Shown here in pieces: positions 9,268-18,707 of a DNA stretch of 64,000 nt; the first letter of the stretch is position 1, and every line of letters begins with the position of its first letter. The position numbers and the translations under genes were made by a program. The notes beneath the pieces are model-generated. The model saw only the letters and a list, made by a program, of their open reading frames with translations, made no database searches and was not told where the DNA came from. Source of the DNA: Salinispira sp. (GTDB taxonomy: Bacteria > Spirochaetota > Spirochaetia > DSM-27196 > Salinispiraceae); the NCBI GenBank assembly GCA_965602015.1, contig OZ271918.1:896001-960000 (forward strand), read 5' to 3'.

Positions 9268-10203
9268 TTACTTGCTGTTGTCGATCAGCGACGATGCCGC
9301 CCGGGCAATATGCTCGGCGGTCATACCGTAGGCTTCAAGAAGCCCGTCGAGAAGCCCCACCTGTCCGAATTCGTCCTGGCTGCCGATCCGGCTCAAGCGG
9401 CAGGGAATGGCTTCCTCGGCGATGACCTCCGCCACCGCGGAACCGAGGCCGTTGTGAATATTATGGTTCTCGCAGCTCACCGCCAGTCCGGTTTTTTCCA
9501 GGGAAGATGCGATGAGCCCGCGGTCCAAGGGCTTCAGGCTCAGGGCGTCGATGACTTCCGCTTCAATACCCCGGGACGCCAGGATGTCCGCGGCTTCCAG
9601 GGTCTGCTGAAGCATAACCAAACCAAGTGAAATGAGGGTAATGTGGCTGCCGCTGCGCACGACCTTTGCCTTTCCGAGTTCGAAGTTTTCGGACTCATCG
9701 TAGTAAGTCCATCCGCCCTTGCGGTGAAGGCGGATGTACACGGTTTTGGGGTATTCGGCGATGAGGGGAAGCAGTTTCCGCAGGGAGGTTTCATCCGACG
9801 GCTCAACTATTGTGAGCTTGGGTATGTTCCGCATCAGGCCGGCGTCCTCGAAGGGCATGTGGGTACCGCCGTTGTATTGGGCGGTAACCCCCGGATCGGT
9901 TCCCACCAGTTTGACATTGAGTTGGGCATAGTTGGCCGACAGAAAGAACTGATCGTACACCCGCCGGCTGGCGAAACAGCCGAATGTGGCGGCAAAGGGA
10001 ATTTTTCCGGCGGCGGAAAGCCCCGATGCGATGCCGACCATATTTGCCTCGGCGACGCCGACGTTTATTGTCCGTTCGGGATAGGCGCTCTTGAAGCCTT
10101 TTGTTCCCGACGCTCCCATAAGGTCGGCTTCGAGAATGCATATATTCTGGTTTTTCGCGGCGAGCTCCGTCAGCACATCGTTATATACCTGTCGCATATC
10201 CAT
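9268..10203 (-). CDS. Transketolase, C-terminal subunit (SqwGH-like)
   Basis: NVGVAEANMVGIASGLS, FGCFASRRVYDQ, NGGTHMPFED, ENHNIHNGLGSAVAE; ATG at 10203. Confidence 0.92.
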   Translation of the reverse strand: MDMRQVYNDVLTELAAKNQNICILEADLMGASGTKGFKSAYPERTINVGVAEANMVGIASGLSAAGKIPFAATFGCFASRRVYDQFFLSANYAQLNVKLVGTDPGVTAQYNGGTHMPFEDAGLMRNIPKLTIVEPSDETSLRKLLPLIAEYPKTVYIRLHRKGGWTYYDESENFELGKAKVVRSGSHITLISLGLVMLQQTLEAADILASRGIEAEVIDALSLKPLDRGLIASSLEKTGLAVSCENHNIHNGLGSAVAEVIAEEAIPCRLSRIGSQDEFGQVGLLDGLLEAYGMTAEHIARAASSLIDNSK

Positions 10204-10207
10204 ATTC

Positions 10208-11038
10208 TTACTTCTCCTGGTCTTCCAAGGCCCGGATGGCCTCATCTGCGGTTTCCCGGTCGAGGGGCATGTTGTGATTGCCCAAATTGTGCTCTGCGAA
10301 AGCCGCGCCTTTGCCCTTTACGGTATCCATAATGATCATGCTGGGCTTGCCTTGTACCCGTTTTGCGTTTTCGATGGCATCGTCGATGGCAGCCACGTCG
10401 TGGCCGTCTATTCTCTGGACGTGCCAGTTAAACGCGGTCCATTTGGCTGCAATATCTTCCAGACCCATGATGTCAGCCGTCATCCCGTCTATCTGCATCT
10501 TGTTGAAGTCGGTAAAGGCGATGAGGCGGTCGAGTTTGTAATGCGGAGCGGCCATGGCGGCTTCCCATATTTGCCCTTCCTGGCTCTCGCCGTCGCCAAT
10601 GCAGGCGTACACGAATGATTCCTTCTTATCCATGCGCAGACCCAGTGCAATGCCGATGGCCGCCGAAAGGCCCTGGCCGAGGCTTCCGGTAGTCATGTCG
10701 ATTCCCGGGGTGCGATTTCTATCCGCATGGCTGGGGAGGTTGGTTCCCACCACATTCAGGGTCTTTAACCAGTCGGAATGGAAAAAACCCCGGTCCGCCA
10801 GTACACTGTACAGGGCGGGGCCCGCATGGCCCTTGGAGAGGACGAACCAGTCCCGGTTATCCATCCGGGGTTGTTTCGGATCGATGTGCATCTGCCGGTA
10901 ATACAGGACGGTAAGCAGTTCGACAATGGACATCGAGCCGCCGACATGGCCGACTCCCAGGTTGGCGATTGATTCCAGGGTCATCCGGCGTATAAGGCGC
11001 GCCTTTCGCTCAAGGGTGATACGCGTGTTCTGATCCAT
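10208..11038 (-). CDS. Transketolase, N-terminal TPP-binding subunit (SqwGH-like)
   Basis: GHVGGSMS, DWFVLSKGHA, TGSLGQG, TPP motif GDGESQEG...N, DTVKGKG. Confidence 0.93.
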   Translation of the reverse strand: MDQNTRITLERKARLIRRMTLESIANLGVGHVGGSMSIVELLTVLYYRQMHIDPKQPRMDNRDWFVLSKGHAGPALYSVLADRGFFHSDWLKTLNVVGTNLPSHADRNRTPGIDMTTGSLGQGLSAAIGIALGLRMDKKESFVYACIGDGESQEGQIWEAAMAAPHYKLDRLIAFTDFNKMQIDGMTADIMGLEDIAAKWTAFNWHVQRIDGHDVAAIDDAIENAKRVQGKPSMIIMDTVKGKGAAFAEHNLGNHNMPLDRETADEAIRALEDQEK

Positions 11039-11058
11039 AATAGCCTCAAGATATTTAT

Positions 11059-11075
11059 TTACTTACAGGAAATAA
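11059..11075. promoter_or_regulatory. Putative ROK operator TTACTTA-CAG-GAAATAA in the divergent tkt/ROK promoter
   Basis: Matches TTACTTA-N3-TAAGTAA with 2 mismatches; lies just before a TATAAT at 11081-11086. Confidence 0.6.
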
Positions 11076-11118
11076 TTAAATATAATGTAGCATCGCTTCA
11101 CAGGACTGTAAAGCGGTT

Positions 11119-12312
11119 GTGAAGGAATTGAATACGGTGAATACGAAAAATCCGGTGAGAAGCAGCGATATCCGCGAAGCCAATGAGAAGCTCATTCTGA
11201 GCATTATACGTGAAGAGAGAAGCACCTCCCAAAGCGAGGTGGTATCCCGAACCGGGCTGAGAGCGCCGACGGTGCTGAGGTTTTTTACCGATCTTGAAGA
11301 GCGGGGATACATTCAAAAATCCGTCTCATCCGAGCCGCCAACTTCAGAGAGCGAAAAGCGCGGGCGCCGGCCGGTGTACTACGAGGTCGTGCCAGAATCC
11401 GCGTATGCCATAGGGCTCGAGTTCTGGCTGGAGTCTGCTTCGGTGGTAATCGAGGATTTTAGCGGGGAGGTGGTGTATTCCCAGATTGAAGATATTTCCG
11501 GCCGCAGCGGTAATTCCTTACCGGAGTTCCTTATGTCCCTGGTCCGGACAGGCATAAAGCATGCCGGGCTGGAAGATGCGAACATCATCGGCATCTGCGT
11601 CGCCGCACCCGGCCAGGTTGATGTGGAAACCGGCGACATAATCCAGTATTCCCGCAAGGGGCTTGCGGATATAAACCTGCGGGACTTATTCCAATCCGGG
11701 CTTTCCATACCTGTTCTCATCCAGAATAACAGCACCGCCGTCGCCTGGGATTTTTACATGAACGGACCCGGCAGAGAGCATCCGTCCCTGTTTACCATTA
11801 TGATCCGCTCCGGCGTCGGCGGAGCGTTTATCGACAACCGGGAAATTTTCGTTACCAAAACCCATACCACCCTGGAAATCGGTCATATCGCCGTGGAATA
11901 CAACGGACGGGCCTGCGACTGCGGCAGCAGCGGCTGCCTGGAAGCCTATGTGTCCGAACAGGCCATCCTCCAGGACTGCGCCTGTATACCGGGGATCAGT
12001 ACCATCGGCGATTTTGACAGTCTGGATGATGCGGCCCACAAAGAAACCGTCAGCGAATGTCTGCAATCCAAATCCGGCATGCTCGCCATGGCGGTGAGAA
12101 ACCTGATAAGCCTTTTCGGGCCGGAAATGGTGCTTATTGTGACCAGATCCCGGGTTCTCGGCGATATTCTCGCCGGTCAGGTTGCCAAGGAAGTTCGCGC
12201 CCAGTCCAGCGACCGGTGGCAGGGAGAAACCCGGATAGCATCGGCATGCTACGATCCCCTGAGAGCCGGCCGCGGGGCAGCGGAGCTGCTGTTCCGGCAA
12301 TTCCTAGGTTGA
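11119..12312 (+). CDS. ROK-family (NagC/XylR-like) transcriptional regulator
   Basis: N-terminal HTH (SQSEVVSRTGLRAPTV...LEERGYI, GRRP); ROK domain with GVGGAFI, EIGH and CDCGSSGCLE. Confidence 0.92.
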   Translation: MKELNTVNTKNPVRSSDIREANEKLILSIIREERSTSQSEVVSRTGLRAPTVLRFFTDLEERGYIQKSVSSEPPTSESEKRGRRPVYYEVVPESAYAIGLEFWLESASVVIEDFSGEVVYSQIEDISGRSGNSLPEFLMSLVRTGIKHAGLEDANIIGICVAAPGQVDVETGDIIQYSRKGLADINLRDLFQSGLSIPVLIQNNSTAVAWDFYMNGPGREHPSLFTIMIRSGVGGAFIDNREIFVTKTHTTLEIGHIAVEYNGRACDCGSSGCLEAYVSEQAILQDCACIPGISTIGDFDSLDDAAHKETVSECLQSKSGMLAMAVRNLISLFGPEMVLIVTRSRVLGDILAGQVAKEVRAQSSDRWQGETRIASACYDPLRAGRGAAELLFRQFLG

Positions 12313-12322
12313 GAGGCAATAC

Positions 12323-14389
12323 ATGTCAGCATTAGAGCAATCGTCAGGGTCTGGGGAGCAATACGCCGCTTTGTCCCTCACGGGAGAATTTACCGAGGAT
12401 TCCTTTTCCATCTTCTTTAAAGACCGGCTCATAATCCGGCACAGCCCCGACGACCCCTGCCTTGCCAGCGGTGAAGGGCGGGGGACATACCGCTTTGTCT
12501 ATGGACTGTTCAAAATTTCCGACAACATTACCAAACGACATGAGCACATCGGCTATGAGCGGCGGGAGCATACTGCTGACGGATTTACCCTGTCCTTCGA
12601 TAACGGCGCTACCCTGTCCTGTATGGTTCGACAGGGACGGCTGCACATAAGCGTCAAAACCAGCTCTCCGGAAAACCGGACTAACCGGGTATGGCTGCAG
12701 GTCCAGGGCCTTGCCGGCGAGCGTGTCTACGGCGGCGGTGAGCAGTACAGCTACCTCGATTTAAAGGGGAGAACGCTTCCGGTGTGGGTTCAGGAGCCGG
12801 GGCTCGGCCGCGGGCGGGACCTGGTGACGCTACGGGCGGAGCTCAAGTCGGGTTACGGCGGCAGCTGGTTTTCCACCTACTTCGCCCAGCCGACCTTCCT
12901 GTTTTCCCGGGGCGCGTATATCCACTGTGAATCCAGCGCGTATATGGAGGCGGATTTCAGGAAGGATGGAAAATATGAATTTGCAGTGTGGGAAGGGGAT
13001 TTCACCCTCGTCCTCGATGTGAATAAACAACCCCTGGACCTAATCGAGTCGCTTACGGGGTACATCGGCCGTCAGCCCCGGCTACCCGATTGGGCCTATG
13101 ACGGGTTGTGGCTTGGAACCCAGGGGGGGCGGGAAACCACGGGGCAGCGAATGAAAAAGATGCAGGCCGCCGGTGTGAAGATCGCCGCGCTCTGGTGTCA
13201 GGACTGGGAGGGCAAACGGGAAACCAGCTTTGGCAAACAGTTGTTCTGGGACTGGATCTTCAGCAGTGAGCTGTATCCAGACCTGCCCGGCTATATTAAA
13301 GAGCTAAAAAAGCAGCACGTCCGCTTTCTGGGCTATATCAATCCCTTCCTGGCCATTGAGGGAGAGCTCTACAAAACCGCTGCGAAGAACGGGTACTGCG
13401 TAAAAGATCCTTCGGGCAAGGATTACCTGGTAACCATAACCGACTTCCCCGCGGCGATGATCGACCTGACCAATCCCGAGTGCCGAACATGGATAAAATC
13501 AATTATCCGGTCGAATATGATCGACATCGGACTCGCCGGCTGGATGGCCGACTTTGGTGAATATATTCCGGCGGACGCCGTGTTCTACGACGGTTCGAAT
13601 GCCGAGCACTTTCATAACCGCTATGTGGTGGAGTGGGCAAAAATCAACCGAGAAGCCGTGGATGACGCGGGTAAGCGGGATGAAATCATCTTCTTTATGC
13701 GCGCGGGTTACAGCGGCAGCCAGGCCTTCGCATCGGCATTCTGGAACGGGGACCAGTTGGTAAACTGGAGCCGTCACCAGGGTCTTCCCACCGTCATTCC
13801 CGGCAGCCTTTCTCTCGGCCTCATCGGGGCCGGGTATGTACATAGTGATCTGGGCGGATATACCACAATCTTTCATCTTAAGCGGAGTAAAAGGCTGATG
13901 ATGCGCTGGGCCGAGCTATCGGCATTCAGTCAGACCATGCGCAGCCACGAGGGCAATCGGCCGCACATAGGGTGGCCCCTGGATGGGGATGATGAAACCA
14001 TGAAACATCTGGCGCGCATGACCGGCATCTTCACCGACTTGAAACCCTATCATCAGGAACTCTCGCAAGAATACCAGGAGAAGGGCACACCTCCAATGCG
14101 TCATCTTTGGCTGCACTATCCTGATGATCCTCAGATTCGAAACCGGAAGCTTCAGTACCAATACCTGTATGGTCCGGATCTTCTGGTGGCGCCGGCGTAT
14201 AAGCGCTTTTCCCGGTTTCGCACAGTATATCTGCCCTCTGATGACTGGGTGCATATGTGGACCGGCAAACCGTATCCCCGGGGGTGGGCGAGGGTTCCCG
14301 CTGTTCTCGGCTCCCCGCCGGTTTTCTACAGAAAACCGTCACGTTGGTCTGATTTTTTCAAGACTCTGGCAGATCGCTGGTCTTCGTGA
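12323..14389 (+). CDS. yihQ: GH31 alpha-glucosidase, sulfoquinovosidase (YihQ)-like
   Basis: LGTQGG, QDWEGKRETSFGKQLFWDW, LGYINPF, nucleophile WMADFGEY, acid/base WNGDQ, HSDLGGYT, MRSHEGNRP; no signal peptide. Confidence 0.85.
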   Translation: MSALEQSSGSGEQYAALSLTGEFTEDSFSIFFKDRLIIRHSPDDPCLASGEGRGTYRFVYGLFKISDNITKRHEHIGYERREHTADGFTLSFDNGATLSCMVRQGRLHISVKTSSPENRTNRVWLQVQGLAGERVYGGGEQYSYLDLKGRTLPVWVQEPGLGRGRDLVTLRAELKSGYGGSWFSTYFAQPTFLFSRGAYIHCESSAYMEADFRKDGKYEFAVWEGDFTLVLDVNKQPLDLIESLTGYIGRQPRLPDWAYDGLWLGTQGGRETTGQRMKKMQAAGVKIAALWCQDWEGKRETSFGKQLFWDWIFSSELYPDLPGYIKELKKQHVRFLGYINPFLAIEGELYKTAAKNGYCVKDPSGKDYLVTITDFPAAMIDLTNPECRTWIKSIIRSNMIDIGLAGWMADFGEYIPADAVFYDGSNAEHFHNRYVVEWAKINREAVDDAGKRDEIIFFMRAGYSGSQAFASAFWNGDQLVNWSRHQGLPTVIPGSLSLGLIGAGYVHSDLGGYTTIFHLKRSKRLMMRWAELSAFSQTMRSHEGNRPHIGWPLDGDDETMKHLARMTGIFTDLKPYHQELSQEYQEKGTPPMRHLWLHYPDDPQIRNRKLQYQYLYGPDLLVAPAYKRFSRFRTVYLPSDDWVHMWTGKPYPRGWARVPAVLGSPPVFYRKPSRWSDFFKTLADRWSS

Positions 14390-14458
14390 GCACCACTAGT
14401 TAGCTCACGAATCACCGAGAAATTCGCTTGCGGATATCGATAAATCGGGTATAATTAC

Positions 14459-14475
14459 TTACTTATTGTAAGTAA
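14459..14475. promoter_or_regulatory. Putative ROK operator TTACTTA-TTG-TAAGTAA
   Basis: Perfect 7-bp inverted repeat immediately downstream of a TATAAT (14450-14455), upstream of the cupin/ABC operon. Confidence 0.7.
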
Positions 14476-14523
14476 GGTAAAATCCAAGCTGCACCATCAA
14501 GCGTACAAAAGCGAGGGCATTCA

Positions 14524-15279
14524 ATGACAAAAAGCGGTCAGCTGTTTAGCGCAGATGCCAGCCGATGCGAATTAAAAGAGTTATTCAACCACCACACCTC
14601 CAATCTCGATGGTCTGAGCGCTGCGGAAATTCGAATACAGAATTCTATCAGTCCGCCATTCGCCTTTGAAGGTGAGGAAGTACTGCTGTTTAACCTGGGG
14701 GCGCCGCTTACCGCCCGGGTGAACGGAGCAGACTACCAGCTGGCCCATTACGATGTTCTCTATGTCCCGCTCAACAAGGGTTTTAGGCTAAGCCACAATG
14801 GAGATGAACCGGGTCTTGTGTATGCGTATCGGGCGACCGGTACTGAAGACTACCCGGTGTTCCATTCCGGCTATGAAGACGCCAGGAAGAGTAAAGAGCG
14901 CATCCGCCACCTGAACCGGAAAGTCGTGTATAAAATGTTCGATGTCTCCGAGGGGGCCAACAAATTCATGGCGGGCTATACATTCTACGACGACCACACC
15001 AGAGCCTGGCCGCCTCATAACCACACCGATCAAGAGGAGGTCTACAGCTTCATCGAAGGCAAGGGCGCCATGACGGTATACGAAGACGATGAACACCAGA
15101 CCTTTGTGACATCGGTAAAGGTGGGAAGCCACGTTACCATTCCGGTGCTCAATTACCATCCGGTGTTCAGTCACGATGAGCCCCTGTGTTTTATCTGGTG
15201 CATCGCCGGGGAACGGTATTGGGTAGGGGACAAAAACACCGACTTCATGAAGGGAGACGGGGAAAAGATAACCACGTAA
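14524..15279 (+). CDS. IolB/KduI-like bicupin sugar isomerase
   Basis: AWPPHNHTDQEEVY and YHPV metal-binding motifs resemble IolB SSYPPHKHD...EEIY...GYHPV; the N-terminal cupin has YDVLYVP. Confidence 0.7.
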   Translation: MTKSGQLFSADASRCELKELFNHHTSNLDGLSAAEIRIQNSISPPFAFEGEEVLLFNLGAPLTARVNGADYQLAHYDVLYVPLNKGFRLSHNGDEPGLVYAYRATGTEDYPVFHSGYEDARKSKERIRHLNRKVVYKMFDVSEGANKFMAGYTFYDDHTRAWPPHNHTDQEEVYSFIEGKGAMTVYEDDEHQTFVTSVKVGSHVTIPVLNYHPVFSHDEPLCFIWCIAGERYWVGDKNTDFMKGDGEKITT

Positions 15280-15398
15280 TTCATCCGCCGGCGTACCGAC
15301 CGGCGGTGGAGATACTTTTTCGGCGGATTCCGGTGGACAGAGAGCTTGTCCGGACCGGACTGCCGGTCAAAACAGGTGTATACCTGAAGGAGGAATGT

Positions 15399-16655
15399 AT
15401 GAAGCTTGTGTACCGCAGTACGGTAATTCTAATGGTGCTGTCCGCAATGGTGCTATTAGCTGTGGGCTGCAGTCCCGCGGAAGAAGAGGTAGTGGTTCTG
15501 AACTTCCCGACTTTCTGGGTCGGACAGGATTCAAAGGCTGAACCCATCGCCGCCCTTGTTGAGAGTTTCAACAACATGTATGAGGGGCAATATCAGGTTG
15601 TTATCGAGCCGAATCCCGATACCGACGGATATCGTGATAAACTGAACACCCAACTGGCTTCCGGACAGGCTCCGGACATCTTTGTATTCAATCCCGACCC
15701 CACCACCTTCCAGTACTACGAAAGCGACATCCTCATGGATTTCACCGACGAACTGACCGGCGCATGGGCTTCGGATTTTGTCAGCAGCTATATCACCGAC
15801 AGCACCCGAAACGGGGCTATTAAGTCCGTGCCCTTCGAAATCGGCATCACCCCGGTATGGTACAACATGGACCTTCTGGCCCGGGCAGGCGTTGACGAGA
15901 TTCCGGCGACCATCGAAGATTTCTACGTCATGGCTGAAGCGCTCAAAGCCGAAGGAATTGTTCCCGGCAGCCAAATGACCGGCGGTTCCAATGCGTGGAC
16001 CAGCATGCTCTGGTACAGTCACATAGTCGGCAGCATCGGCGGACCCGATGTATGGTCCAAGCCCCTGACCGATCCGGTTTTTGTTGAAGCGGCAGCGGTT
16101 CTCCAGCAGCTGTACCAAAACGGCAATACCACCAGGGACGCGGTAGGCGGGGACGCCGGTGTCTCAGGAGGACACTTCCTGGCTTCCAATACCGCGACTT
16201 TTATCAACGGTCCCTGGTACATCGGCCGTATCCGCGGCGATGCTCCGGAAGTCCACGCGGTAACCCGTCTGGCTCCGGCTCCCCAGGTAGGCGATTACTC
16301 CGGACATCAGATCGGTTTTATGCTTTCAAACCTGGCGGCGGCCAATACCGATGATCCCCGCCGGAGGGAGGCGGTCATCACATTCTTGAAACACATGACC
16401 GATCCGGACAATGTGAAAATGGTCAGCGAAGCGGCGGGTTCCCTGTTCGCCATAAAGTACGAGCTCGGCGCCAACGCCGATCCCCTTCAGCGGGAATTCG
16501 TACGGGCGGCCAGCGAGGCCACCTTCGTCATCAACCACTTCCAGTCGGCCTTCGACATAGCGGTTGTGCAGGAATTCGGACAGGCCCTGGCGCTTTTGGC
16601 CCTCGATGAAGCGACTCCCGAAGAGTTTGTCCAGGCCTTGGTAGACGCCCAATAA
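15399..16655 (+). CDS. Sugar ABC transporter substrate-binding lipoprotein (CUT1)
   Basis: GGAGG RBS before ATG at 15399; lipobox LAVGC; LASGQAPDIF, WYNMDLLARAG, FINGPW. Confidence 0.9.
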   Translation: MKLVYRSTVILMVLSAMVLLAVGCSPAEEEVVVLNFPTFWVGQDSKAEPIAALVESFNNMYEGQYQVVIEPNPDTDGYRDKLNTQLASGQAPDIFVFNPDPTTFQYYESDILMDFTDELTGAWASDFVSSYITDSTRNGAIKSVPFEIGITPVWYNMDLLARAGVDEIPATIEDFYVMAEALKAEGIVPGSQMTGGSNAWTSMLWYSHIVGSIGGPDVWSKPLTDPVFVEAAAVLQQLYQNGNTTRDAVGGDAGVSGGHFLASNTATFINGPWYIGRIRGDAPEVHAVTRLAPAPQVGDYSGHQIGFMLSNLAAANTDDPRRREAVITFLKHMTDPDNVKMVSEAAGSLFAIKYELGANADPLQREFVRAASEATFVINHFQSAFDIAVVQEFGQALALLALDEATPEEFVQALVDAQ

Positions 16656-16760
16656 GTAAGTATGCCCTGAGCTGCCAGGCTCTCGGCCACGACGGTCGTC
16701 CGGTCTGTATCCTTGGCCGGACGGCCGCACTATTTCACCGTACCCCAGGGAGAACCGCCA

Positions 16761-17651
16761 ATGCGTGTCCGAAGCAAAAAAAATGCCTTGTGGATATTAC
16801 TTTTCCTCGCCCCGGTTTTGATTTTGTACGGACTGTACTTCATCTATCCTCTTGGTTTTATTTTCGTCACCAGCACGCTCGACTGGAACGGTATAAGCGA
16901 ACCGGTTTTTGTTGGTTTGCAGAATTATGTAAAGAATTTTTCCAACGCCACCTTTCAAATATCCCTTCGAAATAATGCGGTGTGGCTATTCGCCAACGGT
17001 ATTCTTCAAATAAGTATGGCCGCCCTCGTAGCCCTCATACTGGCAAGGCAGCCGAAAGGGTGGCGCTTCCTGAGAACCGCGTATTTTCTTCCGAATGTCA
17101 TCTCCCAGGTCGCCATCGCCATGATGTGGGCCGCCCTGTACAATGCGGAGTACGGCGCCATCAATCAATTCCTCTCGGCGATCGGGCTTAACGAGCTGAC
17201 CCGAAACTGGCTTGGGGAACTCAATACCGCCCTCCCGGCAATTATTATCCAGCAGATTTTTTACATCGGATATTTCATGATTATCATTCTCGCCTCGCGC
17301 ATGACTATTCCCGAAAGCCTCTATGAAGCCGCGGAAATGGACGGGGCAAACGCCGTTCAGCAGGACTGGTTCATCACCCTCCCCATGATAAAGCCGATAC
17401 TTATCACCGCAATGACCCTGGCCATGGCCTATGGTCTCAGGCATTTCGAGGCTACATTCCTTTTAACAAACGGCGGGCCGGCGAACCGAACCTCCGTTCT
17501 GGGAATCATGATGTATAAGCGCCTGAGCTCACTTGATTACGGTGAGGCCGCCGCCATCGGCGTTACCCTGGTGATTTTGGGGCTCATTATGATCGTCGTA
17601 ATTCGCAGCACCATCGGGCGCAGAGATTCCGCCTCCGATGTAACGCAATAG
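16761..17651 (+). CDS. Sugar ABC transporter permease
   Basis: FVGLQNY, FLPNVIS and EAA loop IPESLYEAAEMDGA. Confidence 0.92.
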   Translation: MRVRSKKNALWILLFLAPVLILYGLYFIYPLGFIFVTSTLDWNGISEPVFVGLQNYVKNFSNATFQISLRNNAVWLFANGILQISMAALVALILARQPKGWRFLRTAYFLPNVISQVAIAMMWAALYNAEYGAINQFLSAIGLNELTRNWLGELNTALPAIIIQQIFYIGYFMIIILASRMTIPESLYEAAEMDGANAVQQDWFITLPMIKPILITAMTLAMAYGLRHFEATFLLTNGGPANRTSVLGIMMYKRLSSLDYGEAAAIGVTLVILGLIMIVVIRSTIGRRDSASDVTQ

Positions 17652-17662
17652 GGGAGGGCACA

Positions 17663-18511
17663 ATGGCAATCGTTCGTTACGAAACCTCGGGAGACAGGGT
17701 CGGCAAAATCGCCAAGTGGCTGATTCTCGGTTTTTTCTTCCTGTTCACCTTCATGCCGCTGGTATGGCTGCTAATATCGAGCTTCAAGACGAATCTCGAG
17801 CTGCAAATTGCCCCCTTCAGTCTGCCTGAGGTGTGGCAGATTTCCAATTACATCAACGCTTTGAAGATCAGCGGTCTGCCGCGGCTCTTTTTGAACAGCT
17901 TTGTCGTGTCAACTGCATCAACGGCGCTGACAATCCTGGTTACTTCCATGGCGGGTTTTGTGTTTTCCCGGGAGGTTTTCCGGTTTCGTCAGTCCATTCT
18001 CAATCTGATCATCGCCGGCGTTCTGGTCCCCATCATCGCCCTCATGGCCCCCTATTTCAGACTTACCGCGGCCCTCGGCATATATGACACTCTGCTCGCC
18101 CTGATTCTGACCTACACCGCTATAAACATTCCGATTTCCACATTCCTGATGTACGGATTTATGCAGACCCTACCCAAGGAGCTGGAGGAGGCGGCCACCA
18201 TCGACGGAGTAGGATTCGCCGGCCGCTATTGGAAAATCATATTACCGCTGAGCAAATCGGGGATTGTCACCGCGGGAACATTTGTTTTCCTATTCAGCTG
18301 GAATGAATTCATTTACGCCCTGCTGCTGACCTCCCGCCCCGCCGCCCGTACGCTTCAGCTCGGAATCCGTTTTTTCGTAAGTCAATTCTTTACGGATAAT
18401 ACATCCATGTTCGCCGCCATCGTACTGACCATGCTGCCCACTGTTTTGCTGTACGTATTTATGCATGAACAGATTATCAAGGGCTTAACCAGCGGTTCGG
18501 TGAAAGGGTAG
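17663..18511 (+). CDS. Sugar ABC transporter permease
   Basis: EAA loop LPKELEEAATIDG, FSWNEF, C-terminal GSVKG. Confidence 0.92.
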   Translation: MAIVRYETSGDRVGKIAKWLILGFFFLFTFMPLVWLLISSFKTNLELQIAPFSLPEVWQISNYINALKISGLPRLFLNSFVVSTASTALTILVTSMAGFVFSREVFRFRQSILNLIIAGVLVPIIALMAPYFRLTAALGIYDTLLALILTYTAINIPISTFLMYGFMQTLPKELEEAATIDGVGFAGRYWKIILPLSKSGIVTAGTFVFLFSWNEFIYALLLTSRPAARTLQLGIRFFVSQFFTDNTSMFAAIVLTMLPTVLLYVFMHEQIIKGLTSGSVKG

Positions 18512-18523
18512 AGAATAACATTG

Positions 18524-18672
18524 CACTGCCCCGAAAACAGCTGATGTGCGAGGGGAAAACATTGTGCAGCAATGATTTGCGAAGATATTTGCCGATCAGT
18601 TCACCGGAGGGCGGGCAATTCCTGTCCAGAAAAACGCTTAGACTGTTTAAATCAGCTGTTTTGGGGGCACTG
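18524..18672. mobile_element. MITE-like intergenic element bounded by 22-bp imperfect inverted repeats
   Basis: CACTGCCCCGAAAACAGCTGAT (18524-18545) versus ATCAGCTGTTTTGGGGGCACTG (18651-18672), 2 mismatches; no transposase; no clear target duplication. Confidence 0.4.
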
Positions 18673-18707
18673 TTAATTCCACACTCCGCGGGTGAAGGGG
18701 ATGAGCC

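Noticed and set aside
8737..11038. Housekeeping pentose-phosphate tkt/rpiB operon
   Set aside because: The RpiB homologue lacks the usual His and Arg phosphate-binding residues and the operon context points to sulfosugar catabolism; not fully excluded without phylogeny.
15283..15370. Hairpins between the cupin and binding-protein genes (also 9240-9258)
   Set aside because: Short GC stems without T tails; probably ordinary mRNA stability elements, and not supportable as terminators or ncRNA.
16652..16662. TAAGTAA half-site after the binding-protein gene
   Set aside because: Coincides with the stop codon and lacks the left half of the palindrome.
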